64,000 nt of DNA from a phage. Location of the stretch: the sequence record PZ154897.1. One strand, given 5' to 3'. Below, in pieces: positions 19,276 to 28,785 of this stretch (within the stretch, counting starts at the first letter, position 1; each line of letters begins with the position of its first letter). The notes beneath the pieces were generated by a model, which was given only the letters and a program-made list of their open reading frames with translations, was not told the origin of the DNA and made no database searches. The translations under genes were made by a program, and so were the position numbers.

Positions 19276-20202
19276 TTAAGATTTAAGTAAATCAACAATT
19301 TTAATTAACTTTTCACGCTCAGATTTAGCTTTACTACTCAGTCCAGATAGTCTGAAAATTTCATCGTCATATTGTTGAATAGAAATATTCAGCTCTTCAA
19401 TCTGCTTATTAAAATAATCAATTTGTTCAGAATGTTTTTCGTTACTACGAACTGGTACAGGTTTTGTAGGCAATTTAGTTGAACTGGATTCATCCGGGCG
19501 ATAAATTAAAATACAACTTGAACCAATAGGGCATTTAGCACCAGATGAATATTCTAGTGTTCCAGCTTCTTTTAAAACTTCAAAAGCTAAACAGAGATGA
19601 TGACCCATATTGACATAATCTGTAGAGCGAGCTCTGATGTAATAATCATCTCCGCGAATACTAAATTTAAAGCATTTAAGGTCTTCTGTATTATTGGTCT
19701 TAAAAATCATTTGTTTATCTAGACCTTTAGCTAATCGAGCGCCCAATGCTAATAATCGTCGTTGATTTTCCCACAAATCCGCAATCATTTGATCGAATGA
19801 TAATTTTGGCATTAGTCGACCATAAAGGTCATATCCTTTATTATAATTACGAAGGATTTCGCTCGCATTAATACGAGACAACGCTCCAATTTTATTAAGG
19901 GCTTTCATAATGCGATTAGATAAACTCATTCCAGACCCGGTTGTTCGCTGCAAATGTTTTTCTAATCCAAATCCAATATCAACTTTAAACTTATCTAAAA
20001 TTTCTGCATGAACATCTTTGTCGATAACATTCAAATCCAAAGTTGGGTTAAATCTATGAAAAAATTTATCTGGCTCTCCACGGCGAAGTACAGTCCATTC
20101 ATTCATCATTTTTTTATTAACTAATGATTTAATTACTGCATTGACATTATTAATTACTACTGACATATTTTCCTCACTCAATTTCAATTTTACTAAATAC
20201 AC
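19276..20202 (-). CDS. Hypothetical protein, tandem paralog D
   Basis: 308 aa; motif QRRLLALGARLAKGLD; coiled-coil C-terminus. Confidence 0.6.
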   Translation of the reverse strand: MYLVKLKLSEENMSVVINNVNAVIKSLVNKKMMNEWTVLRRGEPDKFFHRFNPTLDLNVIDKDVHAEILDKFKVDIGFGLEKHLQRTTGSGMSLSNRIMKALNKIGALSRINASEILRNYNKGYDLYGRLMPKLSFDQMIADLWENQRRLLALGARLAKGLDKQMIFKTNNTEDLKCFKFSIRGDDYYIRARSTDYVNMGHHLCLAFEVLKEAGTLEYSSGAKCPIGSSCILIYRPDESSSTKLPTKPVPVRSNEKHSEQIDYFNKQIEELNISIQQYDDEIFRLSGLSSKAKSEREKLIKIVDLLKS

Positions 20203-20581
20203 AGAATATGATTGAACAGACTACATAAGCGCCACACACGGATTGAACTAATACCATCCCAAAGAACCAAACAATATTATCAAACAGTGTCTGTTTTACG
20301 TCGAAAGGACGTAAACTTACAGTAATATTATCACCCTTTTCTATTGAAGAATACATCTCTGGGGAAATATATTCACTAAATCTATAACCGTCTTTGAGTT
20401 CATATACGGCAATAAACGATAAACTAGACCCCTTTCCTTGTGTTCCTGTAATGGTATTAACTACAGTAACATCATAATCTTTATAATGCATATAATCATT
20501 AATTGCGTAATAACCGTATGCAACTACTACACATAAACAACATATCAATAAATTCAATCTTTTAATTATCAACTGTTTCAT
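20174..20581 (-). CDS. Membrane protein, 135 aa, N- and C-terminal transmembrane helices
   Basis: Hydrophobic termini LLICCLCVVVAYGYY and IVWFFGMVLVQSVCGAYVVCSIIFCVF. Confidence 0.5.
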   Translation of the reverse strand: MKQLIIKRLNLLICCLCVVVAYGYYAINDYMHYKDYDVTVVNTITGTQGKGSSLSFIAVYELKDGYRFSEYISPEMYSSIEKGDNITVSLRPFDVKQTLFDNIVWFFGMVLVQSVCGAYVVCSIIFCVFSKIEIE

Positions 20582-20607
20582 AATAATCTCAATTAAAAGG
20601 GCTTAGA

Positions 20608-20640
20608 ACCATTATACCATCCTTGGTATAAAGCGGTTAT
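20608..20640 (-). promoter_or_regulatory. Probable early promoter (extended -10 TGGTATAAT; weak -35)
   Basis: Plus-strand ccattatacca at 20609-20619. Confidence 0.35.
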
Positions 20641-21164
20641 GCGAGTACCGTCTTTAACCGTTCTTCAAACTTCCGAAGAGTATTTTGGCGTTCAGCTCTT
20701 TGCTTTTTGTAAGTTTCAATACGCTCTGAAATGAGAGTGTATCGTTCATTTACTGATTCTTTCATAAAATCAGGAATTTCACGAGAAGCTTTAATCTCAT
20801 CAAATTTATCAATAACAGCTTGCTCTTCAGCAATTAAGTTATCATACATTAAAATATCTTTCTTGATGAACTCAATATCTTCTTGAGTTACACGAGATAA
20901 TTTAGATGCTTTATCCTTTTTGTACTGTTCGTTAGTATCACGAGACCAGTGTAATGTACGATTTTTATTCGTATTCTTGTAAATTTCTACAATACCAATC
21001 TCATCAATAATAACGATCCAATTCCAACGGGATTTGTAAATTTGTCCTCCATCAACAGTGATTTCACCTCCGATTGAGATGTCGTTAAAGAACTTACTCT
21101 GTACTTCAGATTTAAATTTACCATCGTTGTAATTTACTAAGTTGAAAATATCTTTAGCGTTCAT
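20637..21164 (-). CDS. Hypothetical protein, 175 aa, coiled-coil C-terminus
   Basis: ORF track; SD GGAGG upstream of ATG. Confidence 0.55.
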   Translation of the reverse strand: MNAKDIFNLVNYNDGKFKSEVQSKFFNDISIGGEITVDGGQIYKSRWNWIVIIDEIGIVEIYKNTNKNRTLHWSRDTNEQYKKDKASKLSRVTQEDIEFIKKDILMYDNLIAEEQAVIDKFDEIKASREIPDFMKESVNERYTLISERIETYKKQRAERQNTLRKFEERLKTVLA

Positions 21165-21191
21165 TTTCTGTTCCTCCGTAGTTGATAGTTG

Positions 21192-21222
21192 TATAGTACC
21201 ACAGAGGAACAGTCTTGTAAAC
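21192..21222 (-). promoter_or_regulatory. T4-type early promoter with conserved leader cassette
   Basis: gtaaac at 21217-21222, 17-bp spacer, -10 region in gtatagtacca; the 22-nt cassette is repeated at 22619 and 37594. Confidence 0.5.
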
Positions 21223-21224
21223 CA

Positions 21225-21539
21225 CTAAAAGAAACTTCTTTCACAATTTTTTCCACTGAACCATGCACTCACTGCTTTCTTAGTCTCAGGAGCAGTGTTA
21301 TCCATAAACCATTCAAAGGCAGCCTTTTTATGATTCTGGAGGGCTTCTCGGGCTTTAATCTGCTCACGGTCTATTAACACTAACATATGAGCCTTTCTTG
21401 TCACCATGGGCTTCTTATGATTTTTTGAATACTCCCAGTCATTTGTCCATCGCATTGTCGTTGCGAATTGAAATACAGCTTCTTTAATCTTAGTTTCGTA
21501 AATTTCACGAGCCTTTGAGTATAACATCACTACCTCCAT
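21225..21539 (-). CDS. Hypothetical protein, 104 aa
   Basis: ORF track. Confidence 0.45.
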   Translation of the reverse strand: MEVVMLYSKAREIYETKIKEAVFQFATTMRWTNDWEYSKNHKKPMVTRKAHMLVLIDREQIKAREALQNHKKAAFEWFMDNTAPETKKAVSAWFSGKNCERSFF

Positions 21540-21628
21540 TCACCAGTTTAATTCTAGTCATCTTTTTAATGGCAGTCCATATAATCTATTTCTGAACTGC
21601 CTTTTTGTCATAGAAGTCCTCTTATGAA

Positions 21629-22597
21629 TTATTTCAGAAGAGTAACCTCAGCAATTTCTTCCCAACCGTTTTTGTCGGTCATAATAAAGTCAGCAAGATA
21701 AAGAGCAGTACGCAGTGAAACATTGCGTAAACGGTTAACATTAACTTTCATCCATGATAATGCTTTATAAGTTTCTTCATCAGAAAGACCGCGCTTTTGC
21801 ATCATGTCAGTTGAAAGAATAACATCTTCAACCCTGACCATAATTTCTTCATTAGTGTGAACACCCAAATCTAAATAAACCGAGCGGGACACTAATGCTT
21901 GTAAGTGTGGAGCAAGTTTAGTACCACGGTCTAATTCGCGGTCAATGTCAACGTTTGTGATAAAAACAATCGTTCCTTTAAATTCAAACTCACGCTCAAT
22001 GCCTTTTTCTTCTAAGTAAGAAGATGCAGTGCTCCAGCAGACTTTACGGGTTTCTCCGGTGTCCAGAGCGGCTTTTAGAAGATTAAGAATGTCCATATCA
22101 GAGAAAACATCCACATCATCAATCAAAAGGACAGAATTCTCTTCACGATTATTCCAAAGCTGCTCATAAAGACCAATACCAGAGATTTTACCATTAATGC
22201 TTTTATATTCAATGTATCCAATATCATTTGCTTTATTTAAAGCTTTATCTAAAGAATACGTTTTACCAATACCTGCTGCGCCAGAGATAATTAATGAACG
22301 AATATTTCCATTAATAATACCATTCGTCATCATTCCCATAACATTAAATCTTTTATTAATGCGGGTTTTCATATCTTCATATGATTCTTTAACTTCTTCA
22401 ACTTTTACACCATCATATGAAATATCTGATTTGTAAACCCAAACACCGCGACGTTTACCGTCAATTTCAACAAAAACTTTACCATCTCCTTGTGCATCTA
22501 CCGGAGCATTATCTGGGAACCATTCGCCTAAGAGCTCAAAAGTTCCAGAGATTTCTTTACCGAAGTAGATACCCTTATTGATAGTTACAGTTTTCAT
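21629..22597 (-). CDS. P-loop NTPase (Walker A GAAGIGKT, Walker B VLLIDDVD)
   Basis: ORF track 21629..22663 trimmed to ATG 22597 (MKTVTINKG) preceded by SD GGAGA. Confidence 0.65.
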   Translation of the reverse strand: MKTVTINKGIYFGKEISGTFELLGEWFPDNAPVDAQGDGKVFVEIDGKRRGVWVYKSDISYDGVKVEEVKESYEDMKTRINKRFNVMGMMTNGIINGNIRSLIISGAAGIGKTYSLDKALNKANDIGYIEYKSINGKISGIGLYEQLWNNREENSVLLIDDVDVFSDMDILNLLKAALDTGETRKVCWSTASSYLEEKGIEREFEFKGTIVFITNVDIDRELDRGTKLAPHLQALVSRSVYLDLGVHTNEEIMVRVEDVILSTDMMQKRGLSDEETYKALSWMKVNVNRLRNVSLRTALYLADFIMTDKNGWEEIAEVTLLK

Positions 22598-22659
22598 TTT
22601 ATTCTCCAAATCCGTATCAGTTGATAGTTGTATAGTACCATAAGCCCGAAGGCTCCCTA

Positions 22660-23673
22660 TCATTTATAATAACTTCGATGGTTTTCAAGATAGACCTTCT
22701 CAAGGAAGTCATCCCAGAAACTCATGTCTACTGTTTTAGGCATACCGTTCTTAGAAGCTTCAGTAGATGCTGCTTCTACTTGATCGACCACATCTTCCAA
22801 AAACTCTTGAACGGTTTTAAATGGATGTTTACCCAACTTCACGTCGAGAATAAATGGAGCGTCTTGAAGTGGATAAACCAAGTCACCAGTTTTGTAAATT
22901 TCCAATAGTTGAAGTCCACCACGACAAGCATGGCTCAGAGCTTTCCAGTCGATGCCTTCATTGGCTTCGGCCTTACGAGCGCGTTCACCATATTCAGCAT
23001 TTAATTTGTTCAGTGACTGCTTAAGCTCAATAAGAGAAAGCGTTGTCTGATATTTACGACCCAATACAGTATAGAACGTTTGTGGGCCTGTTTTCTCATG
23101 ATCATGGAACACCCATTCACAGAATTCGTTTTTTGGAAGACGATGCTTAATATCTTCAACTTTAGTACGACGCTGCTTAATGGAACCGTCTTCTTGGTAA
23201 TCAACCCATTGCTCAGGGATTTGATTAACTACTTTCAATACATCACGTAATGCAGCCAAACGAGAACCCTTGACACCGTATTTAGAAGCTTGCTTACGGA
23301 CATATCCTAAATAGGATTTCATGTTAGTCGTATAAAAACGAGAACGGTTGTCTTGAATAAACTTCCACACATCAGGCAAATCAGATTTAACCACTAGTTC
23401 AGGTGGAGTGTGAAGCATATCCAATGCTACAGTTTCACCATCTGCTGCTAATTTAAAGAAATACTTAAGACTATACAATTCGTGGTCAATATCATCTTTA
23501 GTGTTTTTAGATGATGTGTTGTTGGTGTTTTTACTCATGTGCTCTTTGACGTTTCCGATAAGAATATCACGAGCAGGAGGAACAAAAATTTCTTTAAAAT
23601 CTACATCAGATTCTGGAGTAGAAGTTCCATAAAGATGACTACCAAAATAGCTTTTCATTACTGTTTTCATCAT
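22660..23673 (-). CDS. Nucleotidyltransferase-fold protein (Pol-beta superfamily motif GS-x11-DVD)
   Basis: 337 aa; N-terminal GSHLYGTSTPESDVDF; directly upstream of the P-loop NTPase. Confidence 0.6.
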   Translation of the reverse strand: MMKTVMKSYFGSHLYGTSTPESDVDFKEIFVPPARDILIGNVKEHMSKNTNNTSSKNTKDDIDHELYSLKYFFKLAADGETVALDMLHTPPELVVKSDLPDVWKFIQDNRSRFYTTNMKSYLGYVRKQASKYGVKGSRLAALRDVLKVVNQIPEQWVDYQEDGSIKQRRTKVEDIKHRLPKNEFCEWVFHDHEKTGPQTFYTVLGRKYQTTLSLIELKQSLNKLNAEYGERARKAEANEGIDWKALSHACRGGLQLLEIYKTGDLVYPLQDAPFILDVKLGKHPFKTVQEFLEDVVDQVEAASTEASKNGMPKTVDMSFWDDFLEKVYLENHRSYYK

Positions 23674-24131
23674 TCAGCCTTATATTCAATAACAGGACAT
23701 ACTTTAGCTTTACGCGCTTTTAAAAATTCGACGATAATAGATTTCTTGGGTTGAATAGGTGGTAAACCTTTATACGCCCTATCAATATTTTCTACATGTA
23801 AAGCATAATCCTTTTTCCATTTATAATCTTTATATTTTTCATGCAGCTGTGCAGGAATAACAAATGAACCAATAATAAGTAAAACAAGCAAAATGGCAAG
23901 TACAAATGCTGATGGAATAAGAGTCCATAAACTACCAAAAATAAGCCATTTCTGTATGATTTCTGCGCAGATGATAGTTAGACCTGCGAGTATAGTACAT
24001 CCGAAAAAAGAAACGAAAAATGTAGGGATAACAATAGACCAAAAGTATGCACACAGTGTCTTAGGTCGTTTCCATTCATCATTAAACATTTTGAATAATT
24101 TATAGTGCCAAGAGCTTTCATTAATAATCAT
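23670..24131 (-). CDS. Multi-pass membrane protein, 153 aa
   Basis: Several hydrophobic helices; ATGA overlap with downstream ORF. Confidence 0.5.
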   Translation of the reverse strand: MIINESSWHYKLFKMFNDEWKRPKTLCAYFWSIVIPTFFVSFFGCTILAGLTIICAEIIQKWLIFGSLWTLIPSAFVLAILLVLLIIGSFVIPAQLHEKYKDYKWKKDYALHVENIDRAYKGLPPIQPKKSIIVEFLKARKAKVCPVIEYKAE

Positions 24132-24133
24132 AA

Positions 24134-24655
24134 TTATCCTTTCATTGAAGGTGTAACAGTTGTTAAATACTTAATCATAGCTTCAGCTTCTGATTTTGAT
24201 AATGAAATTTCTCCATTGTTTTGACGAATAGAAATAAAATCCGGATGACGGTCACCACCAGCTTTCAAAACACACATATAAGTATCAGTTTCATCTTCAA
24301 TATTTGAAATGATTGAAGCAGTTCCACATGAATGCGGTTTTTGATAAATCAATACGGCTTTTCTTCCACTGTTTGACTGTTCATAAACTTTTAACACATC
24401 AAACAAATCACTTCTTTTATCAATAGCTAAGATGTTGTTTTCATCTTCAATGTTAAATCCTTCGGATACTTCATAAAGTGTCACCCATAAATCACCTATA
24501 TCGATAGTAGCATTTTCCTTTCCATGACTTTCAAGAGCATGACAAATTTTCTTGATTTCGTCATAACTCATTTTAATAATATCATCTCCTTGAATAAGGA
24601 AGATGTCATTTTTAAATTCAACACGAATTAAACCGCTTTCACTTGAAATAAACAT
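24134..24655 (-). CDS. Hypothetical protein, member of a tandem paralog pair
   Basis: 173 aa; C-terminus SKSEAEAMIKYLTTVTPSMKG resembles neighbour; shared GFNIEDENN motif. Confidence 0.5.
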   Translation of the reverse strand: MFISSESGLIRVEFKNDIFLIQGDDIIKMSYDEIKKICHALESHGKENATIDIGDLWVTLYEVSEGFNIEDENNILAIDKRSDLFDVLKVYEQSNSGRKAVLIYQKPHSCGTASIISNIEDETDTYMCVLKAGGDRHPDFISIRQNNGEISLSKSEAEAMIKYLTTVTPSMKG

Positions 24656-24661
24656 ATTTCC

Positions 24662-25225
24662 TCACTTTGAAATCATAGTTGGAATGACAGAATCAAGATA
24701 AGTCTTTAGCGCAATAGCTTCGTCTTTGGTAAATGTGACAATATGTGATCGAAAATCGTCAATTTGACGAATAGATACTACATCTCCTTCTTCATAGCAT
24801 TTTGATACATTTAAAACAGTTTCATCATTCTGATCGCACTGATCGCAAGCGTTAGTAATAATAGCATTGCAATTTTTAAGCCATTTTAAACTATGTTTTC
24901 TTTCATTAGAATAATAAAAATATTTAATGTAAGTTATAAAATTATCCCAATTATTAATTGATAAGCATATTGACTCGCTTTCAATGTTAAATCCTGGGCA
25001 TAAAGAATAGAAATGAATTTTATGCTCATCATTAATGCTTACAATTTTATCAGTATAAGGATATTCAATTTGGGTTAAATGAATAATTTCGCTAGGCGTA
25101 AAATATAGCATATCATCTTCTTGCGTCAAACGATACATATTATTTACTTTTTCTATAGCCAATTCACCAAAAAGTGAACTAACTTCTAATACTAATCGTT
25201 TCATATTAATCCTTTTTATTGGCAC
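24662..25225 (-). CDS. Hypothetical protein, member of a tandem paralog pair
   Basis: 187 aa; C-terminus TKDEAIALKTYLDSVIPTMISK; GFNIESES motif. Confidence 0.5.
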   Translation of the reverse strand: MPIKRINMKRLVLEVSSLFGELAIEKVNNMYRLTQEDDMLYFTPSEIIHLTQIEYPYTDKIVSINDEHKIHFYSLCPGFNIESESICLSINNWDNFITYIKYFYYSNERKHSLKWLKNCNAIITNACDQCDQNDETVLNVSKCYEEGDVVSIRQIDDFRSHIVTFTKDEAIALKTYLDSVIPTMISK

Positions 25226-25484
25226 GAATTTGTTCTAAAATTTTAGAATATTCCTTTGTATCAGATTTACGTACAATTGATACACTATAAGGCATACTAT
25301 CGGTGTCTTTTATAAAGCGTTCCAAATGACACTCTAACAAAATTTCTGGATTATAAATCGTGTACATCAAATTACCTGTTGCTCCACGATATTGGCAGAT
25401 TTCTACTGATTGAACACCATTCCATAATTTTGTTAAAACTAAATCACCTACTTCTAATTTAGGAAAGCCCATGTTATTCACCAA
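25206..25484 (-). CDS. Hypothetical protein, about 90 aa
   Basis: ORF track. Confidence 0.4.
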   Translation of the reverse strand: MVNNMGFPKLEVGDLVLTKLWNGVQSVEICQYRGATGNLMYTIYNPEILLECHLERFIKDTDSMPYSVSIVRKSDTKEYSKILEQIRANKKD

Positions 25485-25659
25485 TTAAAGTTTCAATATA
25501 AGAATCAAGATTTACTTTAGCTTCTTCCATAAGAGTTTTGTATTTAATCTTGTTAGCATGTCCGGAGAAAGCTGATTCATCAATAATTGTTGATGTATGA
25601 ACAGCTTTACTATACGTCTCAATTAATTCTCTTAATTTAAAAGCCTGCTCACTTGTCAT
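25474..25659 (-). CDS. Hypothetical protein, 61 aa
   Basis: ORF track. Confidence 0.35.
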   Translation of the reverse strand: MTSEQAFKLRELIETYSKAVHTSTIIDESAFSGHANKIKYKTLMEEAKVNLDSYIETLIGE

Positions 25660-25790
25660 TACATACTCCTTTGAATAATATCAATAATGTTGTTCACTAG
25701 ATTATAAGTAAACATTGGGTAATTATATTGAATCATCACATACACAACAAACAAAATTTTCATTCTCTTCTCCTTGGCAGTTGACAAGAT

Positions 25791-25821
25791 TACTATACCA
25801 TAACCTTGCCAACTTGTAAAC
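25791..25821 (-). promoter_or_regulatory. T4-type early promoter
   Basis: gtaaac at 25816-25821, 17-bp spacer, tactatacca at 25791-25800. Confidence 0.4.
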
Positions 25822-25986
25822 CATTAAATGACGTTTTCAATAAAATTCTGAAGCTTTGTGTGAGCATCAACCATAATTTTCATTTCTTCCTTTGCGAAAG
25901 CTGTACCTCTTTCACGAGAAGAATACTCATAGTCAGAAACTGCATTAGCGTATTCTTCAATTAGCTTCATTAAAAACATCTGCTTT

Positions 25987-26181
25987 TCAGTTTTCATTAT
26001 TCCACCTAATCATTTCAAGATATTGAACTAACTTAGCTTTGGATTTATCCAAATCCTTTTTTGCTGCTTCTATACCATCGTACGAATATCCTTCGCAATG
26101 CTCAACTGCTAATTGATATGAATCTATTTCAACATCACGTGCTAATTTAATGATTTTTTCAAACTGTTCGCGTGTTAGCAT
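25987..26181 (-). CDS. Hypothetical protein, 64 aa
   Basis: ORF track. Confidence 0.35.
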   Translation of the reverse strand: MLTREQFEKIIKLARDVEIDSYQLAVEHCEGYSYDGIEAAKKDLDKSKAKLVQYLEMIRWNNEN

Positions 26182-26183
26182 AC

Positions 26184-26423
26184 TTACACTCTCGTATTAT
26201 GATCGATAATTTCATCAAGAAACATATCTAACGCTTCTACAGCATTATCAACTTTAGTTTCAAAGTCTTTAATGCCTTTATTCGAAATACCCGATGAATA
26301 CCAAGCAAAGTCAATCAGCTCTTCATCTGCTTTACGAATTAAAGCTACCAATTCCTTGATTTTATCTGCTTGTTCGATACTAATCATTATTCCACCACAT
26401 ATGAAAGAGAGAATATTGCACAC
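26184..26423 (-). CDS. Hypothetical protein, 79 aa
   Basis: ORF track. Confidence 0.35.
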   Translation of the reverse strand: MCNILSFICGGIMISIEQADKIKELVALIRKADEELIDFAWYSSGISNKGIKDFETKVDNAVEALDMFLDEIIDHNTRV

Positions 26424-26575
26424 GCCATGTGAGTTGCAACTTCATCACACATATCATAACGTTTCTTAAGAAGTTCTACAAGTTCTTCACTAGTAACTTC
26501 ATCCATGCCGACGAAAAAATCACCATTAATGATGACGTAGATATTTCCTTCTTGATTGAGTGCTTCAATTTTCAT
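26387..26575 (-). CDS. Hypothetical protein, about 62 aa
   Basis: ORF track 26387..26620 (TTG start) trimmed to ATG 26575 with SD AAAGAGGAGA. Confidence 0.4.
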   Translation of the reverse strand: MKIEALNQEGNIYVIINGDFFVGMDEVTSEELVELLKKRYDMCDEVATHMACAIFSLSYVVE

Positions 26576-26602
26576 GATGTTCTCCTCTTTATCCGATGGT
26601 TG

Positions 26603-26633
26603 TATAGTATCACAGCTCAAATGGAAAGTAAAC
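26603..26633 (-). promoter_or_regulatory. T4-type early promoter
   Basis: gtaaac at 26628-26633, 17-bp spacer, tatagtatcaca at 26603-26614. Confidence 0.5.
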
Positions 26634-26642
26634 CGGTAAAAT

Positions 26643-26667
26643 GAAAAAAGTCTCCCGAAGGAGACTA
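26643..26667 (-). terminator. Intrinsic terminator (AGUCUCC-UUCG-GGAGACU then U6)
   Basis: Perfect inverted repeat 26650-26665 with plus-strand A6 at 26644-26649; directly after the stop of ORF 26671..27057. Confidence 0.65.
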
Positions 26668-26670
26668 ATG

Positions 26671-27057
26671 TTATTCGAGGGAAAGAAGATACTTACTCTG
26701 GTAAAACATTCCAGTAATATCATCTATCGTGCTTTGAATGGCTGGAGGCATTTCTTTATAAATGCTGTTAGATTGGTCTAGTATACGATCAATCATTTTA
26801 ATTGTGTCGGTAGGAAGTTTACTAGCATCTGGAATTGAAGGTGTGTATTTTCTACCAGAATACCCCAAATATTGCTCACCAAATTTATCAATCAAATCTG
26901 GCAACTCGGAGAAAATAAAATCGTATGCTTTGTGTCTAGCATAACTTTTAGTTTCAAAATGTGCAGAATGAAAATAAGCTTGTGCAGCCATTAATAAACC
27001 TAAGTATTCATCTGCCTTTGAAGGTTTTCCACTTTGTGAAAAGTCGCTGAATTTCAT
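26671..27057 (-). CDS. Hypothetical protein, 128 aa, downstream of rI
   Basis: ORF track; ATGA overlap with rI. Confidence 0.5.
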   Translation of the reverse strand: MKFSDFSQSGKPSKADEYLGLLMAAQAYFHSAHFETKSYARHKAYDFIFSELPDLIDKFGEQYLGYSGRKYTPSIPDASKLPTDTIKMIDRILDQSNSIYKEMPPAIQSTIDDITGMFYQSKYLLSLE

Positions 27058-27347
27058 TCAGTCTCCAATTTAATGTTCATAATTCTAGCGTATGATTGTG
27101 CCATCTCCGCGCCTCGTTCTATACATTCAAAATCAGAAGAGCACGGGTCATTTTTATAGGTCGTTCTCATAAAACTATAGAATTGTTCAGACGATTCTAC
27201 GCTTTTATTTTCAAAAAGCATATAAACGTGCCTAATACCAGATTCCATAAATTTATCAAAATGAGGATCGACATTCGCTTCAATCGGTGGAGATAAAACA
27301 AATGACAATCCTAGCATGGCAAATAGTGCCGTTGCTTTTAAGGCCAT
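27054..27347 (-). CDS. rI: Lysis-inhibition regulator RI (signal-anchored periplasmic antiholin)
   Basis: 97 aa; MALKATALFAMLGLSFVLSPPIEANVDPHFDKFMESG..., recognised as T4 RI. Confidence 0.85.
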   Translation of the reverse strand: MALKATALFAMLGLSFVLSPPIEANVDPHFDKFMESGIRHVYMLFENKSVESSEQFYSFMRTTYKNDPCSSDFECIERGAEMAQSYARIMNIKLETE

Positions 27348-27359
27348 AAAGGCCTCCTA

Positions 27360-27572
27360 TCATTTTTGTCCTGTATTTACTTTATGCCGATGCACGGCCT
27401 TAACTTTATCAAGGTATTTTTCAAAATTTCGCAATCTAGTATAGTCTGCCGGAGATTGGTTGAGTGATACTTCTCGACGCAAAGCTGAAATGATATTTCC
27501 AACTTCCCTACGAATTTCATCTAATTGAAGAACAGTAAGATTGCGAAGTTGCTTTTCAGTTAATTGTAGCAT
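27360..27572 (-). CDS. Hypothetical protein, 70 aa
   Basis: ORF track. Confidence 0.45.
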
Positions 27573-27614
27573 ATATACCCCTTTAGTTAGATAAACCTAT
27601 TTATAACTTTTGCA

Positions 27615-28196
27615 CTAACCGAGCTTTTTAGTTAATTCATTCCAATGTTTTCTACACAAAGAAACATAAATTTCATCACCAATACAGATTTGATTACCTT
27701 CTTTAACTGGTGTTCCATCTTCCATTAATCGAGCTGTCATAATAGCTTTTTTACCACAATGACAAACTGCTTTTAGTTCAATAAGTTTATCTGCAATCGC
27801 CAAAAGTTCTTTAGAACCTTCAAATAATTTTCCAGCGAAATCAGTCCTTAGTCCATAAGCCATAACAGGAACATTATATGTATCAACAATTCGGCTTAAT
27901 TGATGCACCTGTTCAGTTTTTAAAAACTGGGCTTCATCTACAAATACACAATGAATATCTTTTTGTGCTTCAGCCCATTTATAGAACTCAAAAATATCCA
28001 TATCATCCGTAATAATATTCGCTTCCTGCTTAATTCCAATGCGAGAAACGACTTCACAGACAGAATCACGAGTATCAATAGCAGGCTTAAGAACTAATAC
28101 ACCCATTCCGCGTTCTTTATAATTATGCGCAGCAGTCAAAAGAGAAGCAGATTTTCCAGCATTCATTGCTGCATAAGTAAAAATTAAACTCGCCAT
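27615..28196 (-). CDS. tk: Thymidine kinase
   Basis: 193 aa; P-loop NAGKSASLL; C-terminal zinc-binding cysteines CHCGKK...CRKH. Confidence 0.92.
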   Translation of the reverse strand: MASLIFTYAAMNAGKSASLLTAAHNYKERGMGVLVLKPAIDTRDSVCEVVSRIGIKQEANIITDDMDIFEFYKWAEAQKDIHCVFVDEAQFLKTEQVHQLSRIVDTYNVPVMAYGLRTDFAGKLFEGSKELLAIADKLIELKAVCHCGKKAIMTARLMEDGTPVKEGNQICIGDEIYVSLCRKHWNELTKKLG

Positions 28197-28205
28197 ATCA
28201 CCTTC

Positions 28206-28391
28206 TTAAAGCGTATTCACATAAGCTATTAATTCGTTTTCTTTCTTATCAAACCGATCAGCAAATTCTTCCTGTTGTTCGGGAGATAGCGGGCCGTATT
28301 CATCATAAAAGGCGTTTGCTTCTGTATGCTCATCTAGAAGTTCATGGATAAGCTCAAACAATTTATCTTTTTGTTCTTTACTCAGACTCAT
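28206..28391 (-). CDS. Hypothetical acidic protein, 61 aa
   Basis: ORF track. Confidence 0.45.
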   Translation of the reverse strand: MSLSKEQKDKLFELIHELLDEHTEANAFYDEYGPLSPEQQEEFADRFDKKENELIAYVNTL

Positions 28392-28557
28392 ATATTAATT
28401 TCCAGAAGTTTTAAAATAATTCGCTTTTGCTTAAATATTTCCATAGTTAAATGATCAGTATCTTTTTGACCAATTCCGATGGCAAAACCTTTATTAACAG
28501 CGAGTTCAATTAAATTATCGAGTTCACGTAACACTTCATATTGTAACTCAGAACTAT

Positions 28558-28785
28558 TCATTTTGGTTTACCTTCTTTAACAAAATCGGGATAAGGATAA
28601 AATCCTGAATAAAATCCTTCACCTTTATGATTAATGCATCCTTTATTAGAGCAATAGCACCAATAATCGAAATCACAAGCCATTTCATCATTGCATAAAG
28701 CAAAAACAACTGGCCATTTACACTTTTCACAATGTGCATTTTTAAGAATGCTAGTTTGGCTCATAACCATGTAACCTTTAAGCAA
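28558..28785 (-). CDS. Cysteine-rich small protein, 75 aa
   Basis: CEKCKWPVVFALCNDEMACDFDYWCYCSNKGC. Confidence 0.4.
   Translation of the reverse strand: MLKGYMVMSQTSILKNAHCEKCKWPVVFALCNDEMACDFDYWCYCSNKGCINHKGEGFYSGFYPYPDFVKEGKPK

Noticed and set aside
28554-28739. 61-aa hydrophobic ORF
   Set aside because: Overlaps almost entirely, in another frame, with the cysteine-rich ORF 28558..28785, which has the more plausible sequence; only one is likely real.
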